Origin: Acaryochloris marina S15
GTDB taxonomy: Bacteria; Cyanobacteriota; Cyanobacteriia; Thermosynechococcales; Thermosynechococcaceae
DNA: 32,000 nucleotides
Direction of reading: 5' to 3'
Assembly: GCF_018336915.1 (NCBI RefSeq)
Contig: NZ_CP064923.1
Location: 2,040,001 to 2,072,000 of the forward strand
In this document: piece after piece, positions 1 through 7,382 of the stretch
Numbering within the stretch: the stretch's first letter is position 1
Layout: each line of letters opens with the position of its first letter
Position numbers and translations under genes: made by a program
The notes under the pieces: generated by a model
Databases searched by the model: none
What the model saw: only the letters and a program-made list of their open reading frames with translations
Told to the model about the DNA's origin: nothing

Positions 1-472
1 TGCAGATGCCGTTCTCCTCACCCCTCATATCGATCGATTGGATCGCTTGATAGATCTATCCCGTGAGAACAAATGGCGAATGGTGTTAATGGGTAGCCCC
101 AGTCTACAAACCCGAAAGATTTTGGAAATTGGTCAGGGAGATTTGAATGGCGTTGTTATTCCTGTTCCCTATCATGCTGAGATGCCAACTGCTCAAGCCT
201 TTGCCAAGGAGGTCAAAGCTCAGTTTGAGGTTGTTCCCACCTGGCGAACCTTTGCCTCCATGGATGCCCTCAGTGCCATTCTAAAAGTGGGGCAGCATTC
301 CACCCGTCGACCGCAATTTCAGCAACGATTGCGGTCAGCCAACTTCAAGATGAGTGGATCTGCAGAAGACGTCCGATTCTTGCCCTCCGGTGATCGGATC
401 GGGAACAGTGTCTTAGTTCAAATTCGCCCCGCAGCCAAGGGATATCACTTTCGCCTGATCAGTTCGAAATAA
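1..472 (+). CDS. ABC transporter periplasmic substrate-binding protein (type I PBP, branched-chain amino acid/amide family), C-terminal fragment truncated by the window edge
   Basis: The frame of ORF 38..472 stays open back to nt 2 (ADAVLLTPHIDRLDRL...), so the TTG at 38 is not the true start. The C-terminal pattern (AQAFAKEVKAQF..VPTW..FASMDALSAILK) resembles Leu/Ile/Val-binding family proteins. Confidence 0.5.
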   Translation, partial: ADAVLLTPHIDRLDRLIDLSRENKWRMVLMGSPSLQTRKILEIGQGDLNGVVIPVPYHAEMPTAQAFAKEVKAQFEVVPTWRTFASMDALSAILKVGQHSTRRPQFQQRLRSANFKMSGSAEDVRFLPSGDRIGNSVLVQIRPAAKGYHFRLISSK

Positions 473-593
473 CTCAGATTCATAGACTGTCATTTTTCTG
501 AGAGATGAGTCGAGAGATAGGTACATTAGGATGGATTGTTGACTTCATACCTATTTCCTAACTACCCAACTCGGTCCCCTTTTTTTATCAAGG

Positions 594-1520
594 ATGAGCT
601 GCATGCTACCCATTGTCTATTCAGATCGCTTTCTTGAGCATTTGACGGGTCCCTATCATCCAGAAAAACCAGAACGCTTAACGGCGATCAAAACAGCACT
701 AGAGCATGCACCCTGGGCTGATCAATTACAGTGGCTACCGCCAACTCCTGTAACTCAACGAGATCCCTTAAATTGGATCAACCGTATTCATACCACCGAC
801 TATATCCAGCAAGTTCAATCCTTGGCTGAAGCGGGGGGCAGTTATCTCGATCCCGACACAGTGGTGTCTCCTCAAAGTTATGAAGTGGCTTTGCTGGCAG
901 TGAATGCTTGGTTAGATGGAGTGGATCAGGTGCTAGCCCACCAATTCCCCGCCTTTGTGTTGGCAAGACCCCCAGGACACCATGCTGTACAAGAGACGGG
1001 CATGGGTTTTTGCCTGTTTTCGAATGCTGCGATCGCAGCCCACTACGCCCTCACTCAACCCGGAATAGAACGAGTCGCCATTCTTGATTGGGATGTTCAC
1101 CACGGGAATGGCACTCAGGCGATTGTTGAGTCTCATCCCCAAATTGCCTACTGCTCCCTTCATCAATCCCCTTGCTATCCCGGTACAGGGACTGCGGGTG
1201 AAACCGGTTTACATGGCAATATCTTGAATTTACCGATGCAGGCAGGCAGCACCCTAGCGGACTATGAGCCACAATTTAGAAACAAAATTATGCCTTTTTT
1301 TGAGGTTTTTAAGCCAGATCTACTGTTGGTCAGCGCTGGTTACGATGCCAACGCCGCCGATCCATTAGCGGGAGTTAATTTAGCGCCCCAAGATTATGGT
1401 GTTTTTACTCAGTACTGCCTACAACTGACCTCCAAGATACTATTTGGTTTAGAGGGCGGATATGACTTACCTGCTTTAGCTCAGTCTGTGTTTTCCACTA
1501 TTGAAATCTGTTTGAAATGA
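594..1520 (+). CDS. Histone deacetylase family protein (HDAC/AcuC-like zinc amidohydrolase)
   Basis: 308 aa with classic HDAC motifs: RPPGHHA, DWDVHHGNGTQ, SAGYDA and GGY. Confidence 0.9.
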   Translation: MSCMLPIVYSDRFLEHLTGPYHPEKPERLTAIKTALEHAPWADQLQWLPPTPVTQRDPLNWINRIHTTDYIQQVQSLAEAGGSYLDPDTVVSPQSYEVALLAVNAWLDGVDQVLAHQFPAFVLARPPGHHAVQETGMGFCLFSNAAIAAHYALTQPGIERVAILDWDVHHGNGTQAIVESHPQIAYCSLHQSPCYPGTGTAGETGLHGNILNLPMQAGSTLADYEPQFRNKIMPFFEVFKPDLLLVSAGYDANAADPLAGVNLAPQDYGVFTQYCLQLTSKILFGLEGGYDLPALAQSVFSTIEICLK

Positions 1521-1706
1521 CTGGGCGGCCATTGTTTTTAATGAACGGAAATAGGGTAGATTTTTCTAAATTGAATCTGATCCTGCTGTGACTTGCAGTA
1601 GCAGAGCTTCTTATCTAAAATGCTTGATCTACTTGTCATTCTTTATCCAAGTAAAAACATGGGTATCCTAATCCCAAAGAATTAAGCTGCCTCTACAGCC
1701 ATATTA

Positions 1707-2318
1707 GTGATGCAATATTCTAAAGCTTTACTCTGCGTTGTCACGTTGCTCAGCATCCCTCTAATCAGTTCGTGCAAAGAAATGACCCAAATTCAAGCTC
1801 AAAATAAGTATCTCAATGCAACCCTAAAGCCTGGAGTTGGCTTTGGCGATATTAACCTGCGCTCTACTACCCTGAGAGAAATCACTGCCCAGCTAGGACG
1901 GAACTATAAACGGAAAGTGCGTGGGTTTACTGAATCAAAATGTGATAACGGAGTATGTACATCTAGCCCCTTGGAACTCATCACCATTAACTATAAATCC
2001 CAAGGATTTCAATTTTTGTTTGAACAACGGGGCAATCAATTACAACGAGAAGGAGCTTTGCCGTTAAAAGAGATACGTGTAAATTGCATCAAAGATAATT
2101 GCCCTTATAAAGGTAAGACAGAGCAAGGGATCGGGTTAGGGGATACACGCAAACAAATCAAAGAAGTTTACGGCAACCCCAAGCGCTCACCGACTAATAC
2201 GTGGCAGTGGTCTTATCCTAAAAAAGGTATTTCTTTTGAAATTGATAAGAAGTATCAAGATCCAGTACGAGATAGCGATCGCATCAAGACCATCGTTATT
2301 TCCAAGGATTTAAGATAA
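1707..2318 (+). CDS. Hypothetical lipoprotein
   Basis: N-terminal signal peptide with lipobox LISSC. No recognisable catalytic motif. The start may be the ATG at 1710. Confidence 0.6.
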   Translation: MMQYSKALLCVVTLLSIPLISSCKEMTQIQAQNKYLNATLKPGVGFGDINLRSTTLREITAQLGRNYKRKVRGFTESKCDNGVCTSSPLELITINYKSQGFQFLFEQRGNQLQREGALPLKEIRVNCIKDNCPYKGKTEQGIGLGDTRKQIKEVYGNPKRSPTNTWQWSYPKKGISFEIDKKYQDPVRDSDRIKTIVISKDLR

Positions 2319-2526
2319 TGAGCATACAATCTTGATTGTTTTGGTCTAGTAGTGAACAAATAAAAAGTCTATGCCGAAACTTGCTTCTATATTGGGTTTG
2401 CTATGAACTATTGATTTGTTAATACCTTCGCCAACTCACGAGGACCTTGTGAAAACAGATCATTGGAATATTCTAATATCCTCTTGAATACAGTGAACAA
2501 CTTGAAATTGAGCCTCAACATCATCG

Positions 2527-2919
2527 TTAAACCTGATCTGATTCACCAGGTAGCGATGGCAAGATGAATGCTGTCGCCTGATGAATGGTTGATGATCGCT
2601 CTCGGTAAGGTACTTTGCCATCAGGGCAGGCGGTATATTGCTGGCAAAACTCTAATAGTGCGGTTACTGACTCAATCGGTGACATCCCACTGAGGATAAA
2701 AGTCAACTTGCTAGGAGCAGCCAGAGTCACATTGCAAGGTTGGCTGCACTGGGCCATACATCGCACTGGCTGCAAATCAATGGCATCTTGTAGATTATCG
2801 TGAGAGATTGCAGCTTGCATCTGGTTAATCAGGTACTGTCCTCCTGAGACTCCATCACGACTTTTCTCGGTGGCAGAAAAGCGACATAGTGCACAGATAA
2901 ATAATGTGGCTTGGGTCAT
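2527..2919 (-). CDS. DUF1636 family metal-binding protein (thioredoxin-like ferredoxin fold, typically cobalamin-cluster associated)
   Basis: 130 aa with an N-terminal LFIC..C pair and RCMAQCSQPCNV, characteristic of DUF1636. Good SD (AAGGAG) 6 nt upstream of the ATG. Confidence 0.75.
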   Translation of the reverse strand: MTQATLFICALCRFSATEKSRDGVSGGQYLINQMQAAISHDNLQDAIDLQPVRCMAQCSQPCNVTLAAPSKLTFILSGMSPIESVTALLEFCQQYTACPDGKVPYRERSSTIHQATAFILPSLPGESDQV

Positions 2920-3167
2920 GTTTCACTCCTTGAAGGATAGGGCAAATCAAACGGAAGTAGCCTGGTTTCACATAAGTCCGCTGCTGGCAGGTGATATTCT
3001 TCTCAACCTTTGCAAATACTTTCATAGCTGCATGGGGGAGCAGTGGGTAAATGTCGCAAAAATATCAACGAAGCGCGATCACCCGATTTCAGCAGAAAAA
3101 TGGTATCCGTTGCAGGATCATCGTGATCGACTGCTTGGAGAATATGGCCATTGATATGATGATTTAG

Positions 3168-3632
3168 TCAGTAACCATCTTTACACCTCCTGTCAGAGCT
3201 TGGTTCCAGAGTAAATTCTGACCTGCGGTTACATACCTCGTGATAGCAATTGGGCGGGGAGATCGCTAAATTCTGCAACCAATTGATATCTACTTGCCCA
3301 TTGCCAAAAACGGCGACGAGCATATCTTGACCCGGTGGGTAGGTCCTAACCACTTCCATCAAGTGACGCACGAAATCTGTATCCAGGTTATGGATTTTCA
3401 GGTAGGGTTGTACCTCAGGCACTGGAATGTACTGAATGCTGTAGCGCACATGATCGCTACGCCAGTCTAGAGTAGAGACATCAACAACCTCTACATCACA
3501 GGCCACTAGTCCTCGCCACTGAGTCAGGTATCCTTGCCAGGCAGCATGACCTATAGATAGAAAATTTTCTCGAATAAATGCTGACTGCCAGTAGCCTGTA
3601 TAGCCCTGCCAAACATCAACTGGTAGATACAT
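3168..3632 (-). CDS. Conserved hypothetical protein (function unknown)
   Basis: 154-aa ORF with a strong SD (GGAGGA) 5 nt upstream of the ATG at 3632. Composition matches the core genome. Confidence 0.6.
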   Translation of the reverse strand: MYLPVDVWQGYTGYWQSAFIRENFLSIGHAAWQGYLTQWRGLVACDVEVVDVSTLDWRSDHVRYSIQYIPVPEVQPYLKIHNLDTDFVRHLMEVVRTYPPGQDMLVAVFGNGQVDINWLQNLAISPPNCYHEVCNRRSEFTLEPSSDRRCKDGY

Positions 3633-3855
3633 GAATTTCCTCCTGTCACTGTTGGACCACAGCCACTATGTTTTTGAGTAAAGGTGGCCACGTCTTCCTC
3701 GTGGTGTATTTTCAAACCGTAGTCAGTCACCACTTGCGGAGTGCGGTTGTTGAAATGGCTGTTTTTGATGACGATCACATCTGCGTCCAACTGAATGATG
3801 TCGCCTAACTTGTATTAGTTCAGATACGTGTGAATCTGGGGTTGGGGGTGAGCCA
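3551..3855 (-). pseudogene. Small ORF interrupted by an in-frame TAA (possible pseudogene)
   Basis: ATG at 3855 encodes MAHPQPQIHTYLN, then a TAA. The same frame continues YKLGDIIQLDADVIVIKNSHFNNRTPQVVTDYGLKIHHEED... to the stop at 3551. It overlaps the next gene by 82 nt. Confidence 0.3.
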
Positions 3856-3873
3856 TCGCCGTTTTGGCCTAGT

Positions 3874-5259
3874 TTATTGGGATTGCTTAAATTGTTCTAA
3901 TTCTTTAAAGAAGCGGTCAAATGTTCGGATATTTTGCTTGAGAGCAGTGTTAATCGAACCAAGTTTACCCATAACCGTCATATCACGGTTAATAGGCCAT
4001 AAATAGCTGACCTCAGAAGAAAATATTTTCAAGCTTTTAAGCAATCGAGTTCGGTTTTTAACGCTCTGGTGAAATCCATCATGCTCCTCGCAGAAGCAAC
4101 GTCTCATCCACTGTTTAGCGTTCAGATGACTAAATTCGAAGATAGGAGATCTGAGTAAATAATAGACAAGTGCAAAATTATCTAATCCATCCCTAGAGGA
4201 GCTGTCAGGAATGACTGCAGAGACGCTTCCAAAGCTGCTTCTTTGCATCATATAGATAACAAAATTTGCAATCAAATTCTCGTAAAGATTAGGACCTTCA
4301 AATTCTTGATATAAGTCTTTGCCCAATAGCTTAGAAATCGTTGTATGGAAAGCTTCATCTAAGAAATGGTACCGAGAGATAGCCGTAGGAGCTGGCACAA
4401 ATTTATGATTATTTTCTAACTGCTTAGCATATTTGGCAATGGGATGTTCGATATCCTTCAACTTCAAATTCGCCATCATCCGTAATGTGTAAAATTGACA
4501 AGCCATAAAGAGAGAACCTGACCCACACCCAAATCCATACAGGCTGTGTAGGGGGGTAAATGACCCCATGGCATTTTCCAGTAGTCCTCCCATTGGAGAT
4601 TTGAAAACACGTGAATTTCTCTGCTTTTTCTTGATTTTTTCAGCGTAATGGCTTGCCTGATTTCTATCCGTAAGTTTTATAGCTAGTTTTTTAGCCATAT
4701 TAAGTTGAAAAGTCGTTGCCAGCGTTCTTTGAGGTCGCCACTTGGCTAGTTCATCCAGGCTAGAACGATCAATCAAGGACACCATCGTTGTCAGGCCAAT
4801 TTTACGGAAAGCACGGATGTGGACGACTTCCTGTTCAGTTTCCATCTGAATTTCTTTTGCCAGCGTGTCATAGCCACCCATCAGTTCTAATACATCAGCT
4901 GTCACTGGGTTATAGTCCAGTGCAGTGCATTCTGTATTTGCTGTTTTGATATAAGAAGCCGCCCAGCCTAAATGATTGAGCACTAATTTTTGAGTCCTAG
5001 ATGCCTCTGCATATAGCGGCGTGCCATAAAGCAATGATTGAGCAGGCAGTGTCCAAAAATGCTCTTGATTATCTGCATAGCGAAAGTTACGGCTAAGTGC
5101 AGCAATCTTTTCGGTGTAATCCGAGTCAATGTTGTTACTATATGTGGTTTCTATAGTCCGAAAGCATCTTTGAGAAATAGAGCTTGCTCGTTTACTTTCA
5201 GAATCTGTATGCTGTTCTATAACTTGATTATCTGAGAGTGGATGTTGAGTTTGTGTCAT
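3874..5259 (-). CDS. Diiron-carboxylate (ferritin-like four-helix-bundle) enzyme of unknown function, AurF-like or possibly CylC-like oxygenase/halogenase family
   Basis: 461 aa with a duplicated ligand pattern: E110 then E144-V-V-H147, and E271 then E302-A-F-H305. Spacings are 34 and 31 residues, as in diiron carboxylate proteins. The gene looks AT-rich relative to its neighbours. Confidence 0.6.
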   Translation of the reverse strand: MTQTQHPLSDNQVIEQHTDSESKRASSISQRCFRTIETTYSNNIDSDYTEKIAALSRNFRYADNQEHFWTLPAQSLLYGTPLYAEASRTQKLVLNHLGWAASYIKTANTECTALDYNPVTADVLELMGGYDTLAKEIQMETEQEVVHIRAFRKIGLTTMVSLIDRSSLDELAKWRPQRTLATTFQLNMAKKLAIKLTDRNQASHYAEKIKKKQRNSRVFKSPMGGLLENAMGSFTPLHSLYGFGCGSGSLFMACQFYTLRMMANLKLKDIEHPIAKYAKQLENNHKFVPAPTAISRYHFLDEAFHTTISKLLGKDLYQEFEGPNLYENLIANFVIYMMQRSSFGSVSAVIPDSSSRDGLDNFALVYYLLRSPIFEFSHLNAKQWMRRCFCEEHDGFHQSVKNRTRLLKSLKIFSSEVSYLWPINRDMTVMGKLGSINTALKQNIRTFDRFFKELEQFKQSQ

Positions 5260-5310
5260 GGCAAAAATATTTATTAGAATTGATGTTTACTTCAATGCAA
5301 TGGTTTGATG

Positions 5311-5363
5311 ACCCTAAAAACTATTTTTGAATTCTTAAGGTCATCAAAAATAGTTTTTAGGGT
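5311..5363. repeat. Perfect 20-bp inverted repeat with a 13-nt spacer, in the leader between the riboswitch and the diiron gene
   Basis: ACCCTAAAAACTATTTTTGA (5311-5330) is the exact reverse complement of 5344-5363. An alternative 9-bp pairing, TTGATGACC (5305-5313) with GGTCATCAA (5339-5347), overlaps both arms. Confidence 0.9.
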
Positions 5364-5846
5364 TGTATCTATAAATGGATATGGAACGATTAACAGCTCA
5401 AAATATTTGCAGGACTAATTTTTAGTTATTCTCAGTAACTAAGTTTTTTTGAGAATAACTATTCAAAAAACTCGCTAATACATCTGAAATGCATTGCTTT
5501 TTGTCGTAATGAATTACGAAATTACCCTAAACCGTAGCTCCCGTTTTTTTGGCTATATAGGAGAAAGTGTCAGCCTTGAGTGTCCAAGATTCCAATTGAA
5601 TATTTTAGAAAAATTTAGTTCTTAAATATTCTGATCTCTGGTTGAAATATCAGGAAAACTCTTTTCAATCGTTAAATATTGAGAATAACGGTCTTGGATA
5701 CTTAGGGATGACACTTTGGTTCAATTCCCTGGTCCTTTTCATCATCAAAGCTTTGGAGTGATGCCCCAATGACAATAAAACCCTGACCTATTCAAAACTA
5801 AAACATTCATCATCTATACCTCGCAGATGTTGTAAGTGAGTAATAA

Positions 5847-5960
5847 CTCGGCGGGCATTCTGACTTTGAGGCTAACACCTCATCACAGTTGCGGGACAGC
5901 GCCGGACTTACACCGAACTTTCCCCTTTTCTTCTAACGGCTGAACCCCGTTAGAACCGAA
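5847..5960 (-). promoter_or_regulatory. Cobalamin (B12) riboswitch aptamer
   Basis: The minus strand reads TTCGGTTCTAACGGGGTTCAGCCGTTAGAAGAAAAGGGGAAAGTTCGGTGTAAGTCCGGCGCTGTCCCGCAACTGTGATGAGGTGTTAGCCTCAAAGTCAGAATGCCCGCCGAG. It contains the conserved GGGAA..GGTG.AA.TCC..GC.G.CCCGC.ACTGTGA core, a B12-box-like AGTCAGAATGCCCGCC, and P1 pairing of TTCGGT with GCCGAG. Confidence 0.8.
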
Positions 5961-7020
5961 TCTATAAAATTGTTTCTGAATACTACCACAAGAATTAAGA
6001 TTAGAAAATGTTTTAGCCTGGGATGAGTTCTTTTAGCCTGCTTCACCTTTCAAGTATTCTGGGTCATTTTACCCAATGTTTATTTGAGCTGCTGCCAATG
6101 GCTATTGAGTGCCACAACTTACCATGAGGTGATGGCCGATGATCCCGACTCTAGCGGAATTAATCCACAAGACTGAAGGCCAATCTAGAAAATAGTTCCG
6201 GTACAAGATCGGTCTTGTTTAGTGTGAAGTCGAGAATCTAGATGATAGTTTTAGGCTCTCTATTTATGTTCTGTTCCCATGCTTTCCATCCACAGAGTAT
6301 AAGGATTGTGCTCCAATCAAACACTGAGTTTAAAGACTGGCAAAGATATCCAAATAGACTTCCATCCCGTTTAATGAAATTAAGTTGTCGCTGAAAGACC
6401 ATATCAGGCATGAATTTCAGCTCTATGACCTGTTTTTATTCGGATCGTTGCCATATCTCTATATGACTCTCAGGTTTTTTGGCCGATGCATGGGTGCTGC
6501 TGCTGATATTTTTTTGATCAAGACTAATAATCTCTCAATCTTATATTTGGTAAGTATTTGAGAATGTATTTGATAATAAATTCTTCTCTAGTAAGACTTA
6601 AATAAATTAATCTTGCCTGTTATAAGAAAAATTCAATCTATTTGAATCTCTTTTCTCGCTTGGGTTGTGGGAGAGCCGAAAACTATTAATTATTTAGATA
6701 CTATTACTATTTTTAAAAGTTAACTTATAAAGGTAATAATTCCAAAAACTAAGGGCACAATACTGGTAACTGAATTTCAAGAGCAGATGAATGGTTGTAG
6801 ATTTTTCTCTACTGCTATTTTTAGTATCAAATGGCACAATAATTCTGTTATATCTCTTTGAGCCAGCATTATTGACTTTCAATTAGTTTTTATTCAGAGA
6901 ATAGGTCAGACTATTCATAGTATCTGAATTGCAACAATTGATACATCAGCTTATTAGTTCTGGTGCCATTCTTGTACAAATTGGTCGGCCTTTATGGTTC
7001 GCGACTATATGTAATTCAGG

Positions 7021-7254
7021 ATGACCGTATTCAGAATCTTTATTGGAATTACTTACATGAAAGCCCATCTTCCCGTTGTTGGATTTGCTATTGTAGTTTT
7101 AGAGTATGTTGCTTTTAAGTTTGCTTTATTAGTAGCAATGATAAAAGGGTTTTGGCCTCCAGAAATGTGTAAAACCATTGATCTAATGATGATGTTTTGT
7201 GCTATTTCTGCAACCCTATGGTTGGCATCATTACCTGTTAAAAAAAGAAACTAA
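7021..7254 (+). CDS. Possible small membrane protein (two hydrophobic segments)
   Basis: 77-aa ORF in the AT-rich region with two TM-like stretches. No homology recognised, so it may be spurious. Confidence 0.3.
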   Translation: MTVFRIFIGITYMKAHLPVVGFAIVVLEYVAFKFALLVAMIKGFWPPEMCKTIDLMMMFCAISATLWLASLPVKKRN

Positions 7255-7382
7255 GATGCTGGTTTATAGGTGAGTTTAACTCTTAAATTCCCTATTTACT
7301 AGGGTTATATAAATTAGAAAAATTACTATTAAGATACTCCCTGCTCATCGAGTAATATCTGCGAAATTGTTACGGTCAATAC

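Noticed and set aside
2870-3154. 94-aa plus-strand ORF between DUF1636 and the 154-aa gene
   Set aside because: It is antisense to the co-directional minus-strand string, overlaps the DUF1636 start, and has no SD or recognisable motif. A 55-codon minus-strand ORF here (MKVFAKVEKNITC...) is also unsupported.
5718-5728. T-loop-like GGTTCAATTCC as a tRNA or tRNA fragment
   Set aside because: The flanks do not form a T-stem, acceptor arm or D-arm. It is an isolated 11-mer only.
5745-5813. 22-codon ORF after the riboswitch as a bona fide regulated peptide gene
   Set aside because: It is too short to support from sequence alone, so it is mentioned only as part of the leader finding.
6694-6882. 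62-aa minus-strand ORF
   Set aside because: The translation is low-complexity and extremely AT-rich (N/K/I/F/Y-rich), with no SD. It is likely a chance ORF.
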